Assembly (NCBI GenBank): GCA_031416685.1
Contig: JANOUF010000444.1
Span: 1-38,360, forward strand
Direction: 5' to 3'
Source: Bdellovibrionales bacterium
GTDB taxonomy: Bacteria; Bdellovibrionota; Bdellovibrionia; Bdellovibrionales; JAMPXM01
Length of the DNA stretch: 38,360 bases
Every line of letters starts with the position of its first letter. Position 1 is the first letter of the stretch. Made by a program: the position numbers and the translations under genes. Of the stretch, positions 15,734 through 24,489 are shown piece by piece. The notes beneath the pieces were generated by a model, which worked only from the letters and a program-made list of their open reading frames with translations, ran no database searches and was not told the origin of the DNA.

Positions 15734-18091
15734 AGCGCGCTTTTCGCTCTCAGCAAGAGACGAGATAGTTTTATAGAGCGAATTTGGTGATACCGGCTTT
15801 GCGATGTGAGCGTCAAATCCAGCGGCTTTTGTTTTAGCTAAATCAGATTCTCGCGCATACGCCGTGACCGCTATAACTGGATGGCGTTGCATCGACTTTT
15901 CTCGTTCTATTTTTCGTATCTCAGATAGTAAGTAGAAACCATCTTGTCTTGGCATTCCGAGATCGGTGACTACGACATCAAAGCTTTCGTTTGAGAAAAT
16001 CGAGAGTGCTTCTTTGGCGGAGCCTGCCATGCGAACCGTTGCGCCAACGCTACTTAAAATTTCGCCGACGAGTTCGAGAGAATCTTTCACGTCATCTACG
16101 GCCAGGATGCGTTTGCCTTTCAAATCGCCGCGGACTGTATAGGAGAGATCGGCATTTCTACGATTCGCTGAAACTTTTCCGTCCTGGATTGCGGCCGGTC
16201 TTTCTGGGGCGATTGGCAAAAGAATTTGAAAGTGTGAGCCGTTGTTTTTGCCCGTACTTTCCGCGTGCACAGTGCCGCCGTGAAGCTCTACAAGGTGGCG
16301 TACGATCGCAAGACCTAATCCGAGGCCGCCGTGTTTACGTGCAGTGGAAGCATCGGCTTGACGGAATCGATCGAAGACATACGGTAGAAACTCGGGCTCA
16401 ATTCCTTCGCCACTGTCCTCAACTCGAATTTCAAGCATCGAATCGATTCGTTTTGCATTTAATCTTACTTCGCCGGCGAGAGGCGTGAACTTGATAGCAT
16501 TGCTTAGCAAATTCCAAAGAATTTGTTGTAAACGGCTTGGATCTCCGAGCACCCGCGTGTCTTCTGACTCGATATTAATGGAAACGTTAATTTGTTTTGC
16601 TTGCGCACTTAACCGGCATGACTCAACTGAATCCATGATGATGTCAGTGAGATCAACGTCTCGAACAGCGATCGAAAACTTCCCGTTGAGGATTCGAGCA
16701 AGATCAAGAAGATCGTTAATCATCTCACACTGAAGTTTTGCGTTTCTATAGATGGTTTCGGTGGCTTTCTTAAAAAGCTCTGAGTTGCGATCCATTGTTT
16801 GTATGAGCTCAGACCAACCAAGAATCGCATTGAGTGGAGTTCGGAGTTCATGCGAGAGCGTCGCGAGAAATTGATCTTTCATCTGGTTTGCAGCTTGAGC
16901 TTCACGTAAACTCTTCTCCATTTGCGCTTCACCTTTGCGAATCGCCTCTTCTGCTAACTTTTGTGCCGTGATGTCGTAAGTCACACCGAAGATACGGTTC
17001 GCATTATCTCGTGCACTTCGACCACGAGTTGCTAACCAACGGGTGGAACCATCTGGCCATACAACTCGGAATTCAGCTTCAAACCCAGCATGGCCGGGCG
17101 AAAAAACCTTACTGAGCATGTGGAGGTCGTCAGGATGAACTCGAGATGCCCAATCCGCTACGTTGCCGGTCCGTCCGTATTCATAACCATACAGGTAGTA
17201 GATGTGTGGCGAAGCCCAAACAAGGTCTTTCTCGCGGACGAGAAACTCCCACATTCCAATTTCAGCGAGCGAAGCTGCGATAGACGCTTTTTCTTCAGAC
17301 AGAGCTAAGGCTCGTTGTGTGCGCTTTTGCTCCGTTAGGTCGACGATGAAAGCAACACCCTCGGGCGATGAAGGTTCCATTTCTGATGCAGCAATAAACA
17401 CCGGCACACGGTGTCCATCTTTGTGCAGATACTCTTTTTCAAAGCTTAAGCTTCCTGTGCTTGTGCGAGGCTTCGCTAAGCGTCGCTTATCTTCCTCTAA
17501 GACATCGGGAGGAGTTAGAGAAACCCAGGAGATTTGGCCTGAATTGAATTCTTCTCGCGTGTATCCAAGCATGTTTAAGAAAGCGTCGTTGCAATCAAGA
17601 ATACGACCGTCACGATGATAAAATAAAGTTCCGACAATGTTACTTTGTACCATGTGGCGAAGTTTACTTTCGGTGCTTTCGAGAGCTTTGGAAATACTTG
17701 TGGCGCGGCGATCGACCTCAATTGCATGACCACGATTGCGACGAAAACGTTCGGCCAAAATATTAAAAATTAGTCCTTCAACCAAAAACAAAATTAGAGC
17801 TGCAATATTTAGCTCCGCCCCCGGTCCGATTTGCTTCAGGTGTAATAGAACTGCAGCAGCACCGCTCAGAAGGGTACAGATCACCCCTGAAAAAAAACCT
17901 GAACGAATGGTCGTCACTGAAACCGCAAGCAGGAACAGCATGTATCGCAGTTGCCCGTCGAAATAGGGAGTTAATGCGTAGTGGAACGCACCGGTAAACG
18001 CGACGGATCCAATTGCAATCACAACACCATCGATGTTGATCCTAAATAAATCCGATTTAAATAATGTTTGGAAACGGTTTGGTAGGTTCAT
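15710..18091 (-). CDS. Hybrid sensor histidine kinase / response regulator with PAS domains
   Basis: 793 aa ORF. N-terminal multi-TM region and two PAS-like segments. H-box SHELRTPLNAILGW, N-box LLSNAIKFT, G-boxes DSGEGI and GGLGLGLAIV. C-terminal receiver domain (ILAVDD, TDLGMPRQDG, AKP). Confidence 0.93.
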   Translation of the reverse strand: MNLPNRFQTLFKSDLFRINIDGVVIAIGSVAFTGAFHYALTPYFDGQLRYMLFLLAVSVTTIRSGFFSGVICTLLSGAAAVLLHLKQIGPGAELNIAALILFLVEGLIFNILAERFRRNRGHAIEVDRRATSISKALESTESKLRHMVQSNIVGTLFYHRDGRILDCNDAFLNMLGYTREEFNSGQISWVSLTPPDVLEEDKRRLAKPRTSTGSLSFEKEYLHKDGHRVPVFIAASEMEPSSPEGVAFIVDLTEQKRTQRALALSEEKASIAASLAEIGMWEFLVREKDLVWASPHIYYLYGYEYGRTGNVADWASRVHPDDLHMLSKVFSPGHAGFEAEFRVVWPDGSTRWLATRGRSARDNANRIFGVTYDITAQKLAEEAIRKGEAQMEKSLREAQAANQMKDQFLATLSHELRTPLNAILGWSELIQTMDRNSELFKKATETIYRNAKLQCEMINDLLDLARILNGKFSIAVRDVDLTDIIMDSVESCRLSAQAKQINVSINIESEDTRVLGDPSRLQQILWNLLSNAIKFTPLAGEVRLNAKRIDSMLEIRVEDSGEGIEPEFLPYVFDRFRQADASTARKHGGLGLGLAIVRHLVELHGGTVHAESTGKNNGSHFQILLPIAPERPAAIQDGKVSANRRNADLSYTVRGDLKGKRILAVDDVKDSLELVGEILSSVGATVRMAGSAKEALSIFSNESFDVVVTDLGMPRQDGFYLLSEIRKIEREKSMQRHPVIAVTAYARESDLAKTKAAGFDAHIAKPVSPNSLYKTISSLAESEKRASDFSSQL

Positions 18092-18159
18092 TTACTTTGG
18101 AGAAGCTATCAATCGACTCGTGCGAATACAATGTGTCGTGCAAGTGTTGGAATAAAAGT

Positions 18160-18191
18160 AAGGGAGACTGCCAAAAAAGGCAGTCTCCCTT
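18160..18191 (-). terminator. Rho-independent terminator for the UPF0391 gene
   Basis: Perfect 13 bp stem aagggagactgcc / aaaaaa / ggcagtctccctt. On the minus strand it is followed by acttttatt. It lies 29 nt past the stop codon. Confidence 0.85.
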
Positions 18192-18220
18192 AAACGATCT
18201 GACGCTGATTAAATAATTCT

Positions 18221-18403
18221 TTACGGAAGATTGCGTGGTCTGCGACCACCGATCAATCCGAATACGAAACTAATCACTGCGAGCGCCAAGAAAACAAATA
18301 GCAAGATTCGGCCGATTTCCATTGATGCGCCAGCGATACCCGACGCTCCAAAAACCATAGCCAAAATTGCCAAAACGAAGAATGCGACAGCTGCTTGAAG
18401 CAT
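18221..18403 (-). CDS. UPF0391 / DUF1328 small membrane protein (YtjA-like)
   Basis: 60 aa ORF with two TM helices: MLQAAVAFFVLAILAMVFGASGIAGASMEIGRILLFVFLALAVISFVFGLIGGRRP. This matches the family pattern ..ALGFGGIAG....A..lF.....l......GRR. AGGAGG lies upstream. Confidence 0.85.
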   Translation of the reverse strand: MLQAAVAFFVLAILAMVFGASGIAGASMEIGRILLFVFLALAVISFVFGLIGGRRPRNLP

Positions 18404-18418
18404 GACTGCCTCCTTTCA

Positions 18419-18432
18419 ATTACGTACGTAAT
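18419..18432. promoter_or_regulatory. Perfect 14-nt palindrome ATTACGTACGTAAT in the 5' leader of the UPF0391 gene
   Basis: The sequence is its own reverse complement. It lies 4 nt upstream of the AGGAGG ribosome-binding site (minus strand) of gene 18221..18403. Confidence 0.3.
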
Positions 18433-18547
18433 GAAATAGCAGCTCACTTCAGAGCGAGCAGCGGGAACTTTCGCCCTTGGAGAAAACGAAGCAATTGGTC
18501 CCCGATGTGCCAAGGAATCTTACTAAGGTCCTGCCAATTGAGGAAAA

Positions 18548-19321
18548 ATGCCACTTTCGCCTTGGGTTATCATGTTCTTTCATCGACAATTTATTGTCAT
18601 GATGTTCAACCCGGCAGATCCATTTCCGCTCGTAAAGATCTCTTTGAGCTACCAAGATATTCAGGCGCATTCGGCCGCAGCCGATGCGTGGCTCGGGTTT
18701 GAAGTTGAGAAAACTGAGGCAGCACTCGCGCAGACAGGTTGTCGCCTTCGAGCGCCCAGAATAAAAACAGAGGCGAGCGGAGAAAAGCAACAGCTCTGGC
18801 TTGGGCTTGCGCCGACAAGTTTACAGACGCCTTACTCGGAAATCCGCGATCTCATCGAACGCCTTAACCTAAAACCCGGCAGCGTCATCTGCGATCTTGG
18901 CGCAGCCTACGGGCGCATGGGTTTCGTTGTTGGGAAGTGTTACCCAAGCTTTAGTTTTATCGGATACGAATACGTCGGTGAGCGAGTGCAGGAGTTTAAG
19001 CGTTGTGCGGCTCGCTTTAAATTTCCGAATGTAAAAATGGTTCACGCTGACTTAAGTTCACTCAACTTTCAACCGCAGGCAGCCGATGTCTATTTTCTCT
19101 ATGATTACGGCTCGCCAAAATCGATTCGCAAAACACTTTACGATTTACAGCGGTTTGCAAAGACCAAAAGTTTCAGCGTTGTCATTCGCGGAATAAACGT
19201 TCACGAGCAAGTGCAATCTTCGCATTCGTGGCTTGTGCGATCGAACGCGAGCCCCACAAATAGTAAGAGTTCAATTTTTCATACCCAAATTGAAGCGCAA
19301 GCTTTATTCTCGCCAGTCTAA
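18548..19321 (+). CDS. Class I methyltransferase-like protein, paralog A
   Basis: 257 aa ORF with GAGG 5 nt upstream of ATG 18548. By alignment with paralog B, ATG 18599/18602 is a possible alternative start. Motif I-like VICDLGAAYGRMG, then IGYEYV, ADLS, ADVYFLYDYG. Confidence 0.6.
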   Translation: MPLSPWVIMFFHRQFIVMMFNPADPFPLVKISLSYQDIQAHSAAADAWLGFEVEKTEAALAQTGCRLRAPRIKTEASGEKQQLWLGLAPTSLQTPYSEIRDLIERLNLKPGSVICDLGAAYGRMGFVVGKCYPSFSFIGYEYVGERVQEFKRCAARFKFPNVKMVHADLSSLNFQPQAADVYFLYDYGSPKSIRKTLYDLQRFAKTKSFSVVIRGINVHEQVQSSHSWLVRSNASPTNSKSSIFHTQIEAQALFSPV

Positions 19322-20022
19322 TGATCAGCCGAGTGAGTTTGAAATTTAACGAGGATGATCCGTATCCGCTCTTGGAAACCGGCAAGTATTCTTATCAAGA
19401 ACAGCAAGAGCACTCCGCTCTCGTAGATCAATGGCTCGGCTTGCGAACGGCAGAAACCGAGATTCAAATTGCACAAAATCTCTCAAAAAATAAACCCGAG
19501 CAAGCGAACCAACAACTTTGGCTAAAAATTCCATTAGCAGCAATGCAAACGCCGTACTCTGAGATTCGCGAAATTCTTTCGCATTTCGAGGTCGAAAAAC
19601 CACTGCTCATCATTGATCTCGGCTGTGCGTATGGACGCATGGGATTTGTGATTGCCAAACATTTTCCGAATTGGAAGTTCGTGGGCTACGAGGTGGTTTC
19701 GCTGCGAGTACTTCGTGCGATAGAAGCGATCAACAAAAGTCCGTGCGAGAGAGTTCAGTTCGAGGTTGCGGATTTGAGCGAAAAAAGTTTCAAGCCTGTG
19801 TTGGGAGATGTGTTTTTTCTCTACGATTACGGAACACGTGAAGCGATTGAGAAAACTCTCCAGGACTTACAGGAAATAGCGAAGCAAAAAACGATCATCG
19901 TAATCGGCCGGGGCCGCGCCTCTCGTGATGCGATTGAGCGAAATCATCCTTGGTTATCGCAAGTCGCCCAGCCTCAGCATTTTCCGCACTACAGCCTCTA
20001 TCGAACTTGTAAAGGGCCCTAA
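19321..20022 (+). CDS. Class I methyltransferase-like protein, paralog B
   Basis: 233 aa ORF. Its ATG overlaps the TAA of paralog A (TAATG). Collinear with A: QQLWL, QTPYSEIR, IIDLGCAYGRMGFV, VGYEVV, ADLS, GDVFFLYDYG. Confidence 0.6.
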   Translation: MISRVSLKFNEDDPYPLLETGKYSYQEQQEHSALVDQWLGLRTAETEIQIAQNLSKNKPEQANQQLWLKIPLAAMQTPYSEIREILSHFEVEKPLLIIDLGCAYGRMGFVIAKHFPNWKFVGYEVVSLRVLRAIEAINKSPCERVQFEVADLSEKSFKPVLGDVFFLYDYGTREAIEKTLQDLQEIAKQKTIIVIGRGRASRDAIERNHPWLSQVAQPQHFPHYSLYRTCKGP

Positions 20023-20337
20023 ATAATTTCCATTTCGAAGCTCCAATTTCGTTAGTGCGCTGACAATTTACGGCCATCCAAATCGCATAAGTTGAAGCTT
20101 TCTTGAGTGACTTCTTTGAGCGGAAAATCAGACCCACATAAAGCGGTTTCTATGGGCGGTTTAGACATCACTTGTCGATCTTACAGGGTCTTACTGCTTG
20201 CGGGGAATTCACGCGTAGATTCGACAATTACGGGGATCGATGCTTGCTGCTTTCATCAATATAGGTCAGTTTCTTGAACCTAGTTCCAACATGGCACTGA
20301 TCCTTTACATGGGTCCCACACACGAAAGGCACTCGAG

Positions 20338-20766
20338 ATGAAACAAAGCGCCCTCAACTTCTGCGTTCTTGCGTTCATTGCGGCTTTGACCGTAATTGGC
20401 GCAAACACCTGGGCACAGACACCTTCCCAGTCAACAGCTTCGCAAAATCCTTACGAAGTCGAAGGCACTTATGATCAGGCCAATCAGGATCTGATTTTAA
20501 AGCTCACGGAAGTCGTTGAGAACATGAATGCGTGCGACCTCGTTGTAACGAGCCAAACGTATGTAAACAATCCGCACAAGCTCAGCCTTAAACTCGAGAG
20601 CGACTTCTGTCCAATCGACAAAGTTGGTCATCGAAGTGCCAGCGTGAAATGGCACTTGCCAATGAGTCTTCGCGGTTCAGGTGAAATCATCTTGGAAGTG
20701 AACGGCGAAGTTCTCGGCCGTATCGTATTTGGTCAACACGGCTCTTTGCTTCTAACGCATCTATAA
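20338..20766 (+). CDS. Small exported protein, unknown function (two Cys)
   Basis: 142 aa ORF. Signal peptide MKQSALNFCVLAFIAALTVIGANTWA. It lies 19 nt upstream of the subtilase gene. Confidence 0.65.
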   Translation: MKQSALNFCVLAFIAALTVIGANTWAQTPSQSTASQNPYEVEGTYDQANQDLILKLTEVVENMNACDLVVTSQTYVNNPHKLSLKLESDFCPIDKVGHRSASVKWHLPMSLRGSGEIILEVNGEVLGRIVFGQHGSLLLTHL

Positions 20767-20785
20767 TCGTCGGAGAAATACAGAA

Positions 20786-22345
20786 ATGAAATCACAACTT
20801 TCGAAAGCAATTTTATCCGCAGTCGCAGTTTGCTTTAGTTTTTCAATCGCACAAGCGGTGCCAGCAATTGAAAATGATCTCGTTCGCTTCGCAAAAAGCG
20901 GGAATTCAGACAAAGTCGCACAAGTTGTTGTGTTGTTCGAAAACGAACGCAGCAGCAGCTTCCCTGAGCGCTATGATTCAAGAGGCGTTGTTCGTTTCTT
21001 GCGCTGGCGTGCAGAGCGGGCGTTTGATCGTCTTGAAAAACACTTGGCCCAAGTTGAAGGTGGCGATCAAGTTCGTCTCGATGGGTTCCGTTGGATCAAC
21101 AACTCGGTCGCGGCGATGGTATCACCAGCAGGTTTAAAAGCTCTTGCGAAGGCACCAAACATCGATCGCATCTATCTTAATGGTCGAATCACCTACATGC
21201 GCGGGCAAAGCTGGGGTCATCCTTCAAGCACTTACCTCACCAACACGCTCTCTGGAAATGATTGGCCATACAGCCTCCGTGATATCGGCATCGATAAGCT
21301 TCACGCTGAACAACCATCTATCAATGGTTCGGGCGTTGTAGTTGGTTCGATGGATACGGGCGTTGACGGCAATCACCCAGGTCTTAAAGGTAAAGTTCTC
21401 GCATTCTACGATGCTGGGAAAGATAAACTCACGGATCCATATGATCTTGATACGCACGGTACGCATACTTGCGGCACAATGGTTGGTGGCGACCGCGCTA
21501 ACGCAAAATTCGGTGTCGCGCCTGGAGCGAAACTTGTTTCAACAGCAGCGCTTCAAAACTACGGCGCAATGTTGAAAGGTATGGAGTGGTTGCTTGATCC
21601 GGATAAGAACCCAAGCACTGCAGATTTCCCACGTGTTGTGAGTAACTCTTGGCGCTCTGATGGTGCTCCTGATCAGGAACTTTTCTATCGCGCAATTTCG
21701 GCTTGGGAAGCAGCTGGAATCACAGTTGTGTTCTCTGCTGGTAATGCTGGACCGAGAGACGAGACAATCACTCATCCACATGAACATCCCTATGTCATTG
21801 CGGTTGCAGCAACTGGAGAAGACGGCAAAGTGACCAAGTTCTCAAGTCGCGGTCCTGCAATTTTCCAAGGAAAGAAAGTTCAGAAGCCAGACGTTTCTGC
21901 TCCGGGCGATAAGGTTGTATCAAGTGTTCCTGGTGGCAAGATGGAAGCGATGAGCGGGACCTCTATGGCTGCTCCGCACGTGACTGGAACAGTTGCACTT
22001 CTCTTGCAAGTAAACCCAAAGCTCACTCCAGCGGACATTCGCAAAGTGATTCTCACTGGTGCACAGCCAGTTGATGAAGCGGGAAATACGATTGGTCAGC
22101 ACGTATGGTCTAAAACATACGGCATGGGACGTCTCAACGCATTCGAAGCTGTGAAAATGGCTGCGGGTGTAGCGAAGAATTTCTATGCGGCAACTCACTT
22201 CGTTCGAAGTGCGTTTGCGTTCACGGAGCTTTCAGAACAGATGGTTTCTGCAAATCCGCGAATGGAAGCTGACGATTTCGGCAAAGAGATCAATCTTGAA
22301 AACACCAAGTGGGTTCAGGCCTGGGATATCTGGTCTGACTACTAG
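20786..22345 (+). CDS. Exported subtilisin-like serine protease (S8) with an N-terminal I9-like propeptide
   Basis: 519 aa ORF with GGAG upstream and a signal peptide. The Asp/His/Ser triad context is SMDTGVD, HGTHTCG and GTSMAAPHVTG. Confidence 0.92.
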   Translation: MKSQLSKAILSAVAVCFSFSIAQAVPAIENDLVRFAKSGNSDKVAQVVVLFENERSSSFPERYDSRGVVRFLRWRAERAFDRLEKHLAQVEGGDQVRLDGFRWINNSVAAMVSPAGLKALAKAPNIDRIYLNGRITYMRGQSWGHPSSTYLTNTLSGNDWPYSLRDIGIDKLHAEQPSINGSGVVVGSMDTGVDGNHPGLKGKVLAFYDAGKDKLTDPYDLDTHGTHTCGTMVGGDRANAKFGVAPGAKLVSTAALQNYGAMLKGMEWLLDPDKNPSTADFPRVVSNSWRSDGAPDQELFYRAISAWEAAGITVVFSAGNAGPRDETITHPHEHPYVIAVAATGEDGKVTKFSSRGPAIFQGKKVQKPDVSAPGDKVVSSVPGGKMEAMSGTSMAAPHVTGTVALLLQVNPKLTPADIRKVILTGAQPVDEAGNTIGQHVWSKTYGMGRLNAFEAVKMAAGVAKNFYAATHFVRSAFAFTELSEQMVSANPRMEADDFGKEINLENTKWVQAWDIWSDY

Positions 22346-22354
22346 CTTTAAGAA

Positions 22355-22900
22355 TTATTGTTTGAGCTTTTTAAGTAAATTCTCAAAATCAGAATCAATA
22401 TGGATCATGTTTCGATGCGAGGGCTTCACAAAGCCTTCGCTGACGGCTTGATCCATGAATTTTATGAGGTGGTCAAAATAACCGCCGACGTTTAAGAGCC
22501 CGACGGGCTTTGCGTGAAATCCTAATTGCGCCCAAGTTACGATCTCAAAGAATTCATCAAGCGTTCCAAAACCGCCAGGCATTGCGATGAACGCATCTGA
22601 CCGCGTTTCCATAGTCGCTTTTCGCTCATGCATAGTGTTCACGACAATCAATTCATGAACGTCGAGCATCGCAATTTCCATGTCGATTAGACTTTGCGGA
22701 ATGACACCGATAATTTCTGCGCCGCCGATCTTCGCCGCAGTCGCCATGACTCCCATGAGACCTACGTTGCCACCACCATAGACCAAACGAAGCTTTTGGT
22801 TCCCGATGACCTCACCCACGTGCCTGGCCACTTCGATGTATTTCGAATTATTGCCGGTGTTGGCTCCGCAATAAACGCAGACGGACTTTATTTCACGCAT
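22355..22900 (-). CDS. LOG family protein (TIGR00730; nucleotide 5'-monophosphate phosphoribohydrolase)
   Basis: From ATG 22900: MREIKSVCVYCGAN, GGGNVGLMG, PGGFGTLDEFFE. The longer track ORF (to 23041) would overlap msrA, so I use the internal start, which lies 4 nt after the msrA stop. Confidence 0.88.
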   Translation of the reverse strand: MREIKSVCVYCGANTGNNSKYIEVARHVGEVIGNQKLRLVYGGGNVGLMGVMATAAKIGGAEIIGVIPQSLIDMEIAMLDVHELIVVNTMHERKATMETRSDAFIAMPGGFGTLDEFFEIVTWAQLGFHAKPVGLLNVGGYFDHLIKFMDQAVSEGFVKPSHRNMIHIDSDFENLLKKLKQ

Positions 22901-22904
22901 GAGT

Positions 22905-23393
22905 CTATTCTCGAAGGAAATGGCACGTGTAACCGCCAGGATTTTTTTCGAGATAATCTTGGTGATAATCTTCAGCTTTATAAAATTCTTTCGCGGGCAC
23001 GATTTGCGTGACAGCTTTCGCTCCCCATTTGCCTCGGGCATCGACTTCTGCTTTCACTCGCTCGGCCGCTTGTCGCTGTTCGTCTGAGTGATAGAAAATC
23101 GCTGAGCGATATTGCGAGCCACGGTCTCCACCTTGCCGGTTTTCAGTCGTTGGATCGTGCATGCGAAAAAAGAATCGCAATAAAGTTTCGAAGGTCACTG
23201 TTAATGGATCAAAATGAATTTGGATCGACTCAGCGTGGCCCGTGTTTCCAACTTTGACGGTTTCGTAAGTTGGATTTTTAGTTCCACCGCCGGTGTAGCC
23301 AACTGTTGTGTCCGTAACACCTGGCATTTTCCGAATGAGATCTTCCATTCCCCAAAAACATCCGCCAGCTAAGGTTGCAGTTTCGGTTTTCAT
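22905..23393 (-). CDS. msrA: Peptide-methionine (S)-S-oxide reductase MsrA
   Basis: 162 aa ORF. Active-site motif GGCFWG, plus GYTGG and [11 protein letters not shown]. Confidence 0.95.
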   Translation of the reverse strand: MKTETATLAGGCFWGMEDLIRKMPGVTDTTVGYTGGGTKNPTYETVKVGNTGHAESIQIHFDPLTVTFETLLRFFFRMHDPTTENRQGGDRGSQYRSAIFYHSDEQRQAAERVKAEVDARGKWGAKAVTQIVPAKEFYKAEDYHQDYLEKNPGGYTCHFLRE

Positions 23394-23401
23394 GGCTTGA
23401 T

Positions 23402-23440
23402 CCTTTCTCTGGATTTTCTCTGGTCTTTTTTCTTATCTTT
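23402..23440 (+). repeat. Three tandem ~12-nt T-rich units (TTTTCTCTGGTC-like), copy A of a two-locus motif
   Basis: The units are cctttctctgga ttttctctggtc ttttttcttatc ttt. Positions 23419..23440 (tctggtcttttttcttatcttt) match 26486..26507 with 1 mismatch in 22 nt. Confidence 0.6.
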
Positions 23441-24338
23441 CAAAGATCAAGGGCAGTGTAACTGAAGAAGCCGAGCGATTCTTCTTGAACTCAACTTGGC
23501 TAAGCACCTTACGAACCAGCGTGATCACGGCGCGCTCCGACGCTTTATCGCGAGACGTGTGTCTTAATGTATCCGTTAAAATTTTAAAGTCGGTGACACG
23601 CCCACTTGGCAGAACCTTGAAGCGAAGACTTAAAACGCCTTGGACATCCACGCCTTGCTCAAAAAGTTGCTGAAGATACCCAGTGAGATCGTCGATAACG
23701 GATTGAAGATCTTTTGTTTTCAGCGGTCCTTCTATGAAAGGTCTTGGTTGCACGAACCAACCATGAACTACAAGTCGGCCTTCGACTGGATCGCGAACGC
23801 CTCGTACTTCTTGCACTCCATGCGGGATGCGCGGATCAAAAACAGTGAGACGATTAAAAAGCGCCGGCACTTCCTGAATTATATCGGCACGCTCAACGCC
23901 TCGGGCAGTTTGAAAGTCGTTCCAATAAGCGAGGACTTCATCACGAACGAGCATTGTCTCGCCGCCGGTGAATTTCCGTTTCTGCCAAGGAGTGAGTGAG
24001 TAAACAAACGCCCACGGACCATGCGGAAGATCGGCGTGCAACTCTTGCTTGCAGCCATCGATATAACAGCTAAGCCACGGAGGCGAGATGTCGTGACAAC
24101 CTAAATTTCTTCGTCCCCACCACACTAAGCTTTCATGGAAACGTCGATAATCTTCGGCTGGGAAATAGTGATAAGCAGGCGTGCGAAGGGCGGTGTATTG
24201 CCCAGGAACGTTCCACCAATCCCATACGAAGCGACCCGAATCCGCTTCACGCGGCTTCGCAAAGCGCTCCTCAAAGTGCGACCGAAGCTCATTCGCTTGT
24301 GGATAGAATTTGTCTATGGTCAAAACGGCTTTTTTCAT
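23433..24338 (-). CDS. 2OG-Fe(II) oxygenase superfamily-like protein
   Basis: 301 aa ORF. HxD...H arrangement: ELHADLPHG, GGETML, NRLTVFDPRIPHGV. Confidence 0.5.
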   Translation of the reverse strand: MKKAVLTIDKFYPQANELRSHFEERFAKPREADSGRFVWDWWNVPGQYTALRTPAYHYFPAEDYRRFHESLVWWGRRNLGCHDISPPWLSCYIDGCKQELHADLPHGPWAFVYSLTPWQKRKFTGGETMLVRDEVLAYWNDFQTARGVERADIIQEVPALFNRLTVFDPRIPHGVQEVRGVRDPVEGRLVVHGWFVQPRPFIEGPLKTKDLQSVIDDLTGYLQQLFEQGVDVQGVLSLRFKVLPSGRVTDFKILTDTLRHTSRDKASERAVITLVRKVLSQVEFKKNRSASSVTLPLIFER

Positions 24339-24489
24339 CGATTAGCGATCTTCCTAAGGAAACAAAAGAATCGTCAAGGAACTAGACCTCACCATGGAGC
24401 GCGTCGCAAAAATCGTGTAGAAAACTTGCGACATCACCAACTCCAGTAATACGCTTTCCTTGGGGCTCCACAAGAAATCGAGGTCACCT

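Noticed and set aside
20292-20308. Sigma-54-like TGGCAC upstream of gene 20338
   Set aside because: The -12 element is absent: CTTTA sits where TTGC is required, and the GG-N10-GC spacing is not met.
20023-20337. A riboswitch (c-di-GMP, cobalamin or another class) in the 315 nt gap
   Set aside because: I found no match by eye to the conserved cores I know. I kept the gap as an open low-interest finding rather than a feature.
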